Program-made: the position numbers and the translations under genes
In this document: positions 40,652 to 54,469 of the stretch, piece by piece
How the letters are laid out: every line of letters begins with the position of its first letter
Numbering within the stretch: position 1 is the first letter of the stretch
The notes under the pieces: model-generated
Told to the model about the DNA's origin: nothing
Database searches by the model: none
The model's input: only the letters and a program-made list of their open reading frames with translations
NCBI RefSeq assembly: GCF_006345805.1
Contig: NC_043005.1
Span: 50,468,001 to 50,532,000 of the forward strand
DNA: 64,000 nucleotides
Source of the DNA: Octopus sinensis
Lineage: Eukaryota
Direction: 5' to 3'

Positions 40652-41135
40652 ATATATACATAAATTTATCTGTCTTAAATTGTTGAATCTTTTCACTCTC
40701 CCTCACTCTTTCACACCTTCTCCATCTACGTTTCTCATTCCTTTCCAAATTTTGTGTTGTGACTAAATATCATTTTCATCTACGTATTCGCTTGTCATTT
40801 ATTTAAAATTTTTTAAAATGCGCCCTTTTTAAAGCTTAACCAGTCTCATGGGCCCGGTTTCCCGGTTTCTTTGGCGTATGTGTTCTCCAGATGGACGGGA
40901 CGCCGGTCCATCGCAGCGTTACTCATTTTCGCCAGCTGAGTGGACTGGAGCAACGTGAAATGAAGTGAAATGAAGCGTCGCCCGATCCAGGAATCGAAAC
41001 CACAATCTTACGATCATCGTGCTGACACCCTAACCACTAAGCCACGCGCCTCCACTGTCACTTATTTGGTAATCGTTAAAGTTTACGGCAGATTATCAAT
41101 ATGCATGTCCTCTTTACTTCTCTGGTGAAAATCCC

Positions 41136-41195
<60 letters not shown>

Positions 41196-43258
41196 AATAT
41201 ATATTATTGTATACTTGTAAGTGTAAGTATATCTGTCTGTTGAAAAGTTCACTTCTGAAATACGTTGAGGTTCAATCTCACAGCGCAGCAACATAGTCGT
41301 GTCTTTTATCACAGCTTGAGTGAAATGAGTGAATTTGATTGACGGAAAACAACTGTAAGGAAGCCGACCGTATTTGTGCGCGTACGTATGTGCATATATG
41401 TATCTGCGTGTACGTGTGTATTTTGCGTGTGTGTGTGCGTGCGCATGTGTGTATGTGTGTGTTCGTACACGCGTGTCTTTGTGTTTGTCTAACACCGTTT
41501 GGAAACTATTGTCAGCTTCTTTACGATGTGCTAACTTAGCAGTTCGGCATGAAGTAAACGATAGAACAAGTGCTCGATTTAAAATAGCTACTGAAGTCGA
41601 TTTAATCCACCATGGCTGCAATCCAGTGACTGAAACCAGTAAAAGAGGATTTATTTACGATTAGTTATGAGGATGGATTAATGCCCATTCTACTCGTAGT
41701 CTTGATAAAACTGGTGAGATTGAAACACTTTATGCTTAATTTTAATGTCTCTGAGTCGACGTTTGCAAGGTAAGAAAAACCACAGGTAGGAACGTAATCG
41801 CGGCGGGCTAACTTTTCCTAGGACTTGAAAGTAACATATTAATTATTCATGAGCGTGGAGACGGTTATGGAGATGGGGGATATCTCTAACATGAACAGGG
41901 GCCGATGTGTTTGTGGTAGGCCTATTTGGCGATGGAATGGGACTACAGGTACAATATGGATTTTCCGGACACTCATGGTCAGCAGTGCATATGGAAATAT
42001 ACAGTTGCAAGATCAAACTACAGGTGCTCTCTCCACTGGGCAACCGGTAATCACTCGAGCCAGGATTATGTGGAAGTCACGGGAAGCAGTATGGTGAATA
42101 TGAATTATTTCGGCAGATGAACTTATTGAGTCAATGGCGAATATCATAAATACTGAGCGGTTGAACAACAGGCTTCAAGCTGTCAAAGGCCAGAATCGAC
42201 CAGTTCAATTACTGCTGTTTGTTACCTGTATTCGTGTATAATTTATTTAACACAAATATAATTTATTGGTCCGGACAAGTCATTCAAGTCATTCAGTCAG
42301 GTGATGATGATGATGATGATGATAATGATGGTGATAATGATGATGATGATGATGATGATGGTGATGATGATAACGATGATAGTCCGGATACTCCAATAAT
42401 CCACCCTACTTTACGAGTAGGAACCTCAAAAATTCCTACGGTCTCCAGTCTAAGTAATCTAACTAACTGGTATTTTGCCCAGACTAGCGCCTTGCAAAGT
42501 AGAGTACTAACAATTGTTAAATGTTTTATGTTAATCTTAAGGCAGTGAGTTGGTAGAATCATTAGCACGCCGGGCAAAATGTTTAGCGGCATTTCGTCCG
42601 TCTTTACGCTTCTGAGTTTAAGTACCGCCGGAGTCGACTTTGCCTTCCTTCCTTTCGGGATCGATAAAATATGCACCAGTTAAGCACAGAGGTCGATGTA
42701 GTTGACTTAGTCCTTCCTCGAATTTCGTCACATGGCAAAAATAAACTCCATTAATAAATTCTAAGATACCTGAAAAGTGTATCACCGCCATAACACTCCC
42801 AGAAAATAACAGCCAGAAATGATGAATGGACGCATCTATCAGAAAAGAAAACTGGAAAACAAAATTGTTGGTATCTCAGTATATTCATTTCAATAATGCA
42901 ATGTCGCTGCACCTCTATGCAATGCTTGCATTATGTCATCATTTCGTTGCAGAAATGTAAACAAATACTTCTTTAAATTTCTGTAAAGCTGATGAAATTA
43001 TGCAAGCGTTCCATAGGGGTGCGGCGATATTGCATTATTGAAACGAACGAAAGAAAATTAATATACAGGTATATCAATAATGATTATTCTTTCTGATGTA
43101 GTTTTAACTGTTTTGTATATATTGTGAAGTAAGTCACAACTGTTACTGCCGAGTGCATTTAGTAAGCATCCACCATGTACATTTGGAGTGTTATCTTGCG
43201 CTCTAAAATTATTGCCTATTTCTCGTGAATGCGAGAACACTTTATATATATGTATATG

Positions 43259-43290
<32 letters not shown>

Positions 43291-43294
43291 ATGT

Positions 43295-43339
<45 letters not shown>

Positions 43340-43489
43340 TATGCATACTTTTTTTTTTCATTTTCATTTTCATCTAGTTTCAGCTCATGAGCTGTGGCCA
43401 TGCTGGGGCACTGCCATATATTTATATAATATATATACACATGTATCTATACATTCCGCGTTGTAAATATATACATTTATATATATATT

Positions 43490-43816
43490 TACAAGATAAG
43501 GGCAGAAGAAAAATTCTAATGCCAAATATGCCGAAACAAAAAATTGACGATAACCATTATAATTTATGCGTCTCGAAACAAACCGATAGAAATCTCTAAA
43601 AAATTCGTTATTTTCGGGGTTAATTCATAAGAAATGGGGAAAATTTCTTAGGGAAATTTTTTATGAATTAACCCCGAAATTGGACCAATACGGTAATAAC
43701 GAATTTTTTAGAGATTTTTATCGGTTTGTTTCGAGACGCATAAATTATAATGGTTATCGTCAATTTTTTGTTTCGGCATATTTTGCATTAGAATTTTTCT
43801 TCTGCCCTTATCTTGT
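43490..43816. repeat. Fold-back (hairpin) insertion, ~150-bp arms, within TA-rich sequence
   Basis: ACAAGATAAGGGCAGAAGAAAAATTCTAATGC...CGGGGTTAATTCATAA vs TTATGAATTAACCCCG...GCATTAGAATTTTTCTTCTGCCCTTATCTTGT. Confidence 0.9.
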
Positions 43817-44033
43817 TAATTATGTATAAATTTTACCTTTAAAGGCATTTTTTGATATGCTGGCCATTGATAAAATTTTTTTCCGGAAAAAATTTTATCC
43901 TTTATATATATATATATATATACCTGCTTATAAATACACACACACACACATACACACGTACGTATACGTATGTATTTGTATATGTATTATACATATGTAC
44001 CTATTATGTAGATATAGATGTATGAATATATTA

Positions 44034-44081
<48 letters not shown>

Positions 44082-44590
44082 GAACCTAATTATATGCAGC
44101 GGATACACTCTACAAATAGGAACTAATAAAATAATAACCATCTGCATACTGGTAATAATAGTATAATAGTAGAAACGGTACATTACAAGCCGATCTACTC
44201 GGAAGCAGGGACTAAGTTTTTCTCAGATTGAGCTGCGTTGAAGAATCTTGCTTCATAAATTAATGTCTGCTGCAACTCAGCAGGATTAGACTTCATAAAA
44301 GCTTTATCTTCCGGCTCGTAATGTCCATATAGATGATAATATGAATGATGATGAGCGTGGTTAGAGTAATGACGATGACAGAGACGGGCAAATGTAAGAT
44401 GGATGAATATATATATATCGCTATTGATTTTATTCGTGTTGAGATGACCAAGTAATCTTTGCACTACCGTCAAAAATGTTCCACTTAACTATATCTCACC
44501 ATACATATTCACATTAGAAAGTGTTTAATTATGCATATATAAATATATATATATATATATATACATGTGCGTGTACCTGATTTTGTATAC

Positions 44591-44622
<32 letters not shown>

Positions 44623-44639
44623 ATATACATATATATTAT

Positions 44640-44865
44640 TTTTCTTTATTGCCCACAAGGGGCTAAACATAGAGAAGACAAACAAGGAAAGACAAAGGGA
44701 TTAAGTCGATTACAACGACCCAATGCGTAACTGGTACTTATTTATCCACCCCGAAAAGGATGAAAGGCAAAGTCGACCTCGGCGGAATTGAACTCAGAAC
44801 GTAACGGCAAAACGAAATACGGTAAGCAATACGCCCGCGTCTAAAATTTCTGCCAACTCACCGCC

Positions 44866-44867
<2 letters not shown>
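44640..44867 (-). mobile_element. SINE family A copy
   Basis: Reverse-complement homologue of 45458-45690, lying between (TA)n tracts. Confidence 0.82.
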
Positions 44868-44939
<72 letters not shown>

Positions 44940-44981
44940 ATATATCTATATATATATATATATTATATATATAGATATATA

Positions 44982-45031
<50 letters not shown>

Positions 45032-45457
45032 CAGTGTGTGTGTGCGTGTGTTGCTATATGCATGTAGGCATGAATGTCAGGTACTAGGGCAAATCGACTT
45101 CCGCCTTCCTATGAAACTGTTGGCTTTGTGCCAAAATAGGTAGCCATGAGTATCACGGTATCAGCGAGGCCATCGGATATTATCATACATCGCTGTTCAC
45201 AATACGCTTCACATTGTTTTTAGTTTTCGAATGTTACCAGCACGCTAGCTAGGCGAGCGGACCAATATTCCCCCTACTCCACATGTACAGGTGCACTATG
45301 TCGATCTGATGGAGAGAGTGAGCTTATGTCCACAAACATTTCATCACTATAAACAAATCATCTGTGTGGCTGTTCGGCAAGAAATTGCTGAACCCATATA
45401 CGTCGTCGACCGACGGGAGTCCATTATATATACATATATGTATATATACATATATTG

Positions 45458-45690
45458 AAGGCGGTGAGCTGGCAGAATCGTTAGCACGCCGGACGAAATG
45501 CGTAGCCATATTTCGTCTGGCATTACGTTCTGTGTTCAAATTCCGCTGAGGTCGACTTTGCCTTTCATCCTTTCGGGATCGATAAATTAAGTACCAGTTA
45601 CGCACTGGGGTCAATGTAATCGACTTAATCCGTTTGTCTGTCCTTGTTTGTCCTCTCTGTGTTTAGCCCCTTGTGGGTAGTAAAGAAATA
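45458..45690 (+). mobile_element. tRNA-headed SINE family A, full-length copy
   Basis: A box TGGCAGAATCGTTAG, B box GTTCAAATTCC, central GACTTTGCCTTTCATCCTTTCGGG.TCGATAAATTAAGTACCAG (resembles the Meta/MESC domain from recall), tail CCCCTTGTGGGTAGTAAAGAAATA. Confidence 0.85.
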
Positions 45691-45715
45691 TATATATACA
45701 TATATGTAAGTATAT

Positions 45716-46251
45716 GAAGGCCAGTTGCAATTACCGTAGCAGGAAATTATTCTCTCTCCAAAGCACTTCCGTAGCAGCTGCATTGTTTTTTCTTGCGGTA
45801 TGAGCAGTTGTCCCATCTTGCTGGAACTATGTGTGAGGTCTACGTTGAATGGCCTTTACGTTCCCTAGACTTGATTAGTGCAGATTTTTTCTTGTGGGGG
45901 TACTTAAAAGACAAGGTTTACGCCAATAAACCGGAGACCCTGGTGCAACTGAAGGAGAACATCCATAGAGAAATCAGAGAAGTGGGGTCGGAAACTCTTG
46001 ATAGTGTTATGGTGCAATTTTTGGAAAGAGCACGGGCGTGCCAAACCGAAAATGGTTGCCATTTAAGCGATGTCATTTTTCATATGTCATATAGTGATGT
46101 TACAAAATTTGACTTATGCATATTCATTTCCATTATGTCCATATGCATATTCATTTACATTATATTGTATGAGAATTCCATTCATTTATTTGTAAAGTTG
46201 AGAAAGTTATTCAAAATTGAAACCCATCAGTGACTTTTGGGACACCCTGTA
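45716..46251 (+). mobile_element. 3' part of another DD41D-type Tc1/mariner element with an inverted internal segment
   Basis: WPLRSLDLISADFFLWGYLKDKVYANKPETL...ARACQTENGCHL on +, right TIR ...CTTTTGGGACACCCTG-TA. FQQDGTTAHTARK/TMQLLRKCFGERIISCYGNCNWP lies on the minus strand at 45716-45830. Confidence 0.85.
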
Positions 46252-46957
46252 TAAATATGTATATGCATATAAACACACACATAAATTTATGTAGTGTGTG
46301 GTGTGTGCGAAGCACTTCGCAATATATGTGCGTAGTATATCTTTGTATTTCAAAATAATATTCTTTAAAAGGATAAGTAATAATTCGAAATTGGATCTCA
46401 AGTCCAACTGACACCAATTGTAATTCGACACTTCAGCAAAGCGTTATCCATAAAAAGCACTGAAGTATCAAAGTCATTTAAACGAACTTTTGATCACTGT
46501 CATTCGCATCCAATTCGAATGAAATGTAGTAAGCTTTGACATGTGCTATCAACAATAATTGCCTTGAAATGCTAAAATATTGACAATCTCTCTCTCTCTG
46601 CTTACGTGTGTGTATATACACACATCTATATATATATATATATACACACATACACATATACGCATATATATATGTAGGTATTTATGCGTATATATTATAG
46701 AGCTATATATAATATAATATATATCTATGTGTCATATATACGCATATATACACACCTATGCATACATACGCACACACACTCGCAAAGACACACACACGCA
46801 TACACACACATGCAACATACATACAAGCATGTGTGTAGTTACACACACACACACATATATATTTATAGACACATACATATAAATTAACGTTTTATGTATA
46901 TATATATATATACATGTGCGTATGTCCGCGAGTGCGCTGTTAAAAATGGCTTATGTG

Positions 46958-46995
<38 letters not shown>

Positions 46996-47132
46996 CACAT
47001 ATATGTACATATATATATTTATTTATATAGATACATATATATACATATATACATATACATACATATATATACACATATGTAGGTAATACATATATATATA
47101 TATAGTGGTGTATACATATATGTATATATATA

Positions 47133-47181
<49 letters not shown>

Positions 47182-47339
47182 CTAATATATATATGTATGT
47201 ATGTTGTATTTATGGTAATAATGGCACAATAAGCTTACTGAAATATACACCATTGGCAAAAAAAGTACAATAAAGTTTTTAAGTATGTATGTATGTTAAT
47301 ATGACACTGTGTATATAGCCACCATCCATATATATATAT

Positions 47340-49205
47340 ATAAAACTTAGATAAAACTTAGATCTGTTTCGACCAAAGATTGGTCCAGGCCACGTCTAAC
47401 TTAATAGGATTATATAACCTCATAGGATTATATAAATCCTGTTATAGTCAATTTTTTTTTATGGTCCATTCAAGTAGTGAGATTTTGTTGAGTGAGTTGT
47501 ATCCAATTATGGGTGGCTTATCTGGTATTCCTTGTAGGAATCTATCCACACTCCGTTTAAAGTTGATGGGATCCTTTTCCTCTTTGATCTCTTTCGGAAC
47601 AATGTTAAATAGAGCAGGGCCTGTTGAGGAAAAGAAATTATGTTGCAGTGTACATGTATGCTGTGATCTTGAATTGGGCAGGGGACGTATGGCCCATGGT
47701 CCCAGTCTTGGATGAACCTTGAAGCTAATGTTCAGGTCGTTTAGGCAAAGTTGGCGGTATATTCTCCACATCGTACAAATGATTTACCGCTCACGGCGAT
47801 GCTGTAGAGAGTAGAGTTTCAAGGCTTTAAGGTGGTCCCAATAATCGAGAGCAGTCATGCCTTCAATTAGTTTAGTGAGTGCCCTCTGGGGTGATTCAAT
47901 CCTCGAGATGTTTTGTCTTGTATGGGGAGACCACAGTGGGCAGCAGTATTCGAGGTGTGGCCGTACAAAGGAGGAGAAAAGTGGTATGATGACACCTTGT
48001 TCTCTGGACCGGAAAGTTCTTAAGATCCAGGAACTCATCCTACGAGCTATATCGACCTTCTTGTTGATGTGTGTACCCCAACTGAGATCGTCATCAACAA
48101 TTACACCCAGGTCTCTGATATTGTTAGAGGCTGTGAGCGGTTCCCCTGAAGGAAGAGAATATGGTTGTTTTAGTGAGGAATTTCTTCCAAAATGCATCAG
48201 CTCAAATTTTCCCTCGTTCAGTTGCATTTTGTTTGTCTGCCCATTGACTCACAGCATATAGATCAGACTGGAGTTGAGTTCGGTCTGCTTCTTCATTGAT
48301 GATTTGCTGGAGCTTAGTGTCATCAGCAAATATTTTCACTTTGCAGTAATGTACGACACTGGAAAGGTCGTTTATGTAAATTATAAAGAGTAGCGGGCCC
48401 AGGACAGTCCCCTGGGGGACACCGCTGGTGACTTTTGCTGGGCTTGAGTGGGCTCTATCAACTACAACATGTTGCGTTCTATTCGCCAGGAAATACTTAA
48501 TCCAGTGTAGAAGTTTTCCACGGATTCCAACATTTGCCAATTTTGAGAGTAGGATATTATGGTCAACCTGTCGAACGCTTTACTGAAGTCAAGATACATG
48601 ACATCAGAGTTCGAACCTGTTGCCAAGGCTTTGAGTATATCTTCAATGTGGTGTAAGAGCTGTGTTAGACAGTCCCTACCACAGCGAAAGCCATGCTGAT
48701 TTGTATTTAGGAGTTTGTGGGTCTCCAGCGAGTCAGCTATCCTTGATCTTAACACTCTTTCAAACACTTTAATGATGTGGGAGGTGAGTGAGATTGGGCG
48801 ATAGTTGGCTGCGAGGGATCTGCTTCCCTGTTTGAAAACCGGGATGACAGACTGGGATAGAAGCTGTTTTGGTATATAACCTGAGTCTAACGAATTTCTC
48901 CAGAGGTTGGTCAGAGGGACTGCAAGTTGGTGTTTACATTCCTTCAGGAGACTAGCGGGGAATCTATCAGGGCCTACAGCAGAATAGTATTTGACCTCAT
49001 TTATTGGTGTTATGAATGTCAGAAGGTTATGTCTGAGATTTTATGTTGGGAATCAACTTCGTTCGCTTCTCTTACGTCAATATCAGTGGGAACACTAAAG
49101 ACAGAGCAGTATTGTTTCTGCAGTATTTCTGCCATTTCTTAAGCATCGTGTTGGGGAATGCCGTTATTATCAATCAATGGCCCAATGGGTAAGACAGTGG
49201 TTCTA
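47340..49205 (-). mobile_element. 5'-truncated CR1-group LINE (frameshifted RT) with intact 3' end
   Basis: Minus-strand pieces: NYRPISLTS, NQHGFR, YLDFSKAFD, SGVPQGTVLGPLLFIIYINDL, FADDTK, VRPHLEYCCPLWSP, LYSLQHRRER. The 3' end has a stem-loop (GACCA..TGGTC) and a duplicated ATCTAAGTTTT tail running into (TA)n. Confidence 0.93.
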
Positions 49206-49700
49206 TGCTTATTTCCATAAGAATAGAATACTTTTGTGTTCTGTTTGATATATAGATAGACAGACAGATATATATATATAGATATATAGATATAATATAT
49301 ATATTATATATATATATAGATAGATAGATAGATAGATAGATAGAGATAGATAGTAGATAGAAGATAGATAGATAGATAGATGCAGATATATACACGCGGA
49401 CATAAGTGGATAGATGTGTACGTGCAGATATGTGTGAGTATGAATGATTGTGGGTTCATGTTCATATACAAAGTTCAATGTTCCACTCACACCACAAACC
49501 CACACTCACACATGGACACACACATACACACATACATACATGCTTATTAATTTCATTACTTGCGTATCCTTATAGGTCTTTCGATTTGTAATTAATAAGT
49601 ACGGAGACCTCACTGTTACAGAAATGAGATTGCATAAAATAATGCACATGCAACGATGTGCATGCATAATTCACAAGGTGTAGAAAGACTAATATCACTC

Positions 49701-49790
<90 letters not shown>

Positions 49791-49804
49791 TATAATATAT
49801 ATAT

Positions 49805-50012
49805 AAAGAATCCAAAACATGAAAACACAAGAGAAAACACAACAACGCGAGGACGTGGAACAACAAATATATTATTGGACGCCCAGGAAGGAAAGGAAGA
49901 AGGAGGGTTTTACGTTTCGAGCGGAGCTCTTCGTCAGAAACATAGGAAAAGGAAAGATCCAGAGAAGGGAAGACGGGGGGGAAAAAATCACCAACGGTAC
50001 ACATGCGGTCAC
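49805..50012 (-). mobile_element. PLE/retrozyme-like fragment with hammerhead (family 2, copy 2)
   Basis: Reverse-complement homologue of 8722-8928. Its 3' end runs into (TA)n. Confidence 0.7.
49907..49941 (-). ncRNA. Minimal type I hammerhead ribozyme, family 2
   Basis: Minus strand reads GTTT-CTGACGA-A-GAGC-tcc-GCTC-GAAA-CG-TA-AAAC. Stem I GUUU/AAAC, GUA triplet. Confidence 0.8.
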
Positions 50013-50443
50013 ATTATATGTATATATGTATACACACACATATACAAATATATATAAATTTAAATATGGAGAATTTGTAGCATTTTCTCTAGCTCTTGAT
50101 AATGTCATCGTTACTAAATATCAAGGTGTTTTGCAAGATATTAAGGTAAATAAAACGTCATTTTAGATTATCAACATGATTCAAATTTCTATTCTCGTTT
50201 TTCTTTTTTTTTTCATTCTCAAACTGGTTGGTGGTATCTGCAATGAAACATTCTATGTCATCTCATTTTTGATGCAATCTCTTCAAGTCCGATGTCATGT
50301 CATCTCAAGTTTTCTTTGGTCTACCTTGGCCTATTCTTGCACCATTCATATGTAGGGTGACCACATTTTTTAATACACAACCAGAACAGAAAACGATCTC
50401 AGTTTACACACTCAAAAACATGCAAATTTGCATAGAAAAATGC

Positions 50444-50477
<34 letters not shown>

Positions 50478-50479
50478 CA

Positions 50480-50531
<52 letters not shown>

Positions 50532-50676
50532 AAATGGAAACATGAATTTCTTGTTACAGATTATTCAAAAGTTTAACCGATACCTGGGTAGCAAAAATCC
50601 CAGCAAAAAAAAACACGGTTGGAGATAAGACCATATGGTGTTGCACCGTGCGTTGGTGCGGATAATTGAAGTTTAA

Positions 50677-51885
50677 TATAATTAGTGAATGGAAGAAATG
50701 GAGTTGAACGAAGATTGTACAGAATTCCTTTTATTACATTCTACCATGTTTCAAGGCCACAATTTTCCAAATACCATATTGCAGCTTTCTCTTCAGGAAA
50801 AACCAGGAATTACGTTGTCAGAACAAAACAAAACAGAGGCGCAGCAAAGCAATTCGAACGAGGACGCTCCTTAAGACCCATGGATAAACTGTTTATCAAT
50901 GTACGTTGAAATCGGGGGGTTGGTGGGGGCCGACAAAAGGTCCGTTGGATACTTACAGGTCAGGCCGCGGTCAAATCTAGTAGGTGAGGAATTAATGAGA
51001 ACAAGAGGTGTGGAGATGTTCTGTGTGACCAAAACTAATGTTCTGAATATTTAAAGAATACAGGGTGTATTTTTTAGGGGCGAGACAAAACCTACCTAAA
51101 AGCATGTATGTGTATACTAGCTATGGTGCGCCCCCGTATGTTGGCGAGGGGCGCTAGATAATGAGCACTGCTGAAAAAAGCCTGTCAGGCGGCTGAAGAA
51201 ATTCTGTGTTCGTGTGTTCGTCTGTGGCCTGCTTGTCTAAAAATTAACATCGTCAAAGAATCATAAGGGTATATAATTCCAGCGTTTGCTTCTAAAAAAA
51301 AAAAAAAACCGACCAATCGCCTAAGGGGAGTAATTTCCCCTTGCAAGAGTTATTCAGAGATTTTTTTAAAAAGTTTTTTCAAAAATTATTTCCAAAAATT
51401 ATTTTCATTTTAATAGGGTAACAAGGTGTTAATTGTCTTAGGTATCATTTATATGTAAGATAAGTACTTATACACCCTGTATTCTTTAAATATTCAGAAC
51501 ATTAGTTTTGGTCACACAGAACATCTCCACACCCCTTGTTCTCATTAATTCCTCAGCTACTAGATTTGACCGCGGCCTGACTTGTAAGTATTCCAACGGA
51601 TCTTTTGTCGGCCCCCACCAACGTACATTGATTTCAACGTACATTGATAAACAGTTTATCCATGGGCTCTTAAGGAGCGTCCTCGTTCGAATTGCTTTGC
51701 TGCGCCTCTGTTTTGTTTTGTTCTGACAACGTAATTTCTGGTTTTTCCTGAAGAGAAAGCTGCAATATGGTATCCTTATTTAATCAGAATTTGGAAAATT
51801 GTGGACTTTGAAACATGTGTAGAATGTAATAAAAGGAATTCTGTACAATCTTCGTTCAACTCCATTTCTTCCATTCACTAATTAT
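50677..51885. repeat. Long inverted repeat (~400-bp arms: 50677-51069 and 51471-51885)
   Basis: ATTAGTGAATGGAAGAAATGGAGTTGAACG...AATACAGGGTGTA vs TACACCCTGTATT...CGTTCAACTCCATTTCTTCCATTCACTAAT. Confidence 0.9.
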
Positions 51886-52185
51886 GTATATTATATATAT
51901 ATATATATATATATAGATATATATATATAATATATTATATATATATTAAATTAATAAATAAATTAATTAATTAATAAATAAATATATATAAATATAAAAA
52001 ATTATACATACATACATATATATATATATATTTGTATATATATATTTAAAATTCATAAGTTTAAATTATTTAAAATTTTTAAAATTTTTAACTTTTATAT
52101 TTTTTTATTAATTTTATGTATTGGCTTATGTTTTTCACTGTTTGATTTGCCTAATAGTGGTTTTATCTCTAATTTAATATAAATT

Positions 52186-52235
<50 letters not shown>

Positions 52236-52593
52236 TGTGTATGTATAAGTGCGCATTGGTGAAAACGTAATTTTAACGCGTCTATGTGAAGGTACTTGAT
52301 ACAAAGTAATGCAAATTTAATTTGCTTTTTAAATGAAGTTGATTTTTACAGAAAGCATGTCTGCTCCATTATCAATGATATAATCAACATATTCTGTAAT
52401 TTTTAGAATGAAACAGAAGAGATTAATATATTTATATATGTGTATGTGTGGGGGCGTATTTACTTACATATATATATACACGTACATATACATGAGAGTA
52501 TGTGTGTGTGTAGTTATGTATGAATGAATCTCACTCACTCTCACTCTCTCCCTATCTATTTATCTATCTATCTCTCTATACATGAATGAGTCC

Positions 52594-52628
<35 letters not shown>

Positions 52629-52827
52629 CTCTCTATCTGTCTATATATATATACACACCTATGTATATATACATTCACATAGACATGCACATATATACCT
52701 TCCCATACTTACGCGTACATACATACCTTCATATACTTGTATATATATTCATATATGTGAGTGTGCTTATGTATGCATATGTATGCTTGTATGTGTGTGT
52801 ATATGTATGCATGTATGTATAATTGTA

Positions 52828-52903
<76 letters not shown>

Positions 52904-54046
52904 GTATATGCATACATATGCATATATATATAAGTACATATATATCTACGTATATACACAATTATATATACGCACACAAACATATACACACACACACGCA
53001 CGCAAACTCGGGCATATCAACACACACACACACACACACACCACACACACACACACACACATATATATATAATACATCTATACATATATATCTTGAAATA
53101 TACATACGCTGACTTTGTGCATGTGATTAAATTGGTTAACGTATCTTTAAGTGAATTAAATAAATAACAAAACCTATGTTAATATTAATTGGACTATTCA
53201 TGTTTCTTTATATAACGTTTATAGATGAATCTCCTTTAGCTGATACGCAACGATTACTGGCGAAAATATTGCACACGGCAGAAAACGTGTTTCTTTTTCA
53301 CTCTGCATTTATTGAAGTGTTTCCGATAACCTATAATTTATCATTTTATGTACCCAACGAAATTAAAGAATTAAAATTCTAAGTAATTGGAATAAATACA
53401 TTTTAAAAAATTGTAATTACATAATTAAGTTTTCGTGCAAATATATGCTACGAACAATGCAAAATGGTAGCGCGCATAATCTGTTATAATGTGGCATTTT
53501 ATTGAACGTACTAGAAGGAAAAACGACTTCCGGGCGGTTTTCTGCATTCTAATGCAATATAAGTGTGAGATTAACGAATATACGCATGTATGTAAATACA
53601 TACACACGCGCATATACATAACGTACATAATATGCGTATGTGTGTGTGTAAGTAAATAAGGGCACGTATTGTGTGGTTATGAAGTACAGTTCAGTTTCGT
53701 CTTCCGTCTCGCTGCACAGCATCTTGGTCGGGTGCCTTCAGTTGTCGAACTCCTGGTCGATCAATGACATATTTGTAAATTTGGTAGAAGGAAACCGTAT
53801 GGGGGCTAGTCTCGTACACATGCAAGCACACAGATATTACACACACTCTCACATACGCACACACAAATATATGCTTGTATTATGTGTGTATATATTTATA
53901 TATTTATATATATGTATTTATGTATATATGCATATTATTATTATTGTTAATATATATATATATATATGTATTATTAATATATATATGTGTATTATTAATA
54001 TATATATGTGTGTGTGTGTGTGTTGTGTGTGTGTGTGTGTGTGTGT

Positions 54047-54315
54047 GATATGATCAATAAGTATCCGTACTGTTGCCGTAATAACGAAGCTAAATCACGT
54101 AGAATAAAGCCGCTTGGTACAAAATGACTTGGAACTTTGGTATATATGTGCACTAAGTTTTAACGTTTTAATTCAATTGTACTGTACACAGTGTGCTTGG
54201 AATTATCGTGTGTAGCATGTTTTAGTCGTATTGATCATGACAAATTTGAGCTGAGAACCTGCATCAAAATTTTGAAAAAAACCTTGGCGATAGCTGTTCA
54301 GAGGCATACGCAATA
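54047..54315 (+). mobile_element. mariner 5' remnant
   Basis: TIR-like GATCAATAAGTATCCG, then a frameshifted N-terminus ..ELRTCIK..LGDSCSEAYA resembling the mariner EQR..IKF..KLG.S..E motif. Confidence 0.55.
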
Positions 54316-54343
54316 ATAATGATAATAATAATAATAATAATAA

Positions 54344-54390
<47 letters not shown>

Positions 54391-54400
54391 TATGATGATG

Positions 54401-54431
<31 letters not shown>

Positions 54432-54469
54432 GATTATTATTATTATTATTATTAGATTATTATAACAGC

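Noticed and set aside
41700-42210. Possible decayed Tc1 transposase
   Set aside because: Only a vague resemblance, with no catalytic motif or TIR that I can support.
44195-44473. 92-aa minus-strand ORF with protein-like composition
   Set aside because: No recognisable domain, a non-ATG start and no convincing splice sites.
44640-45690. Inverted repeat suggesting a TIR element
   Set aside because: Explained by two independent, diverged SINE A copies in opposite orientation.
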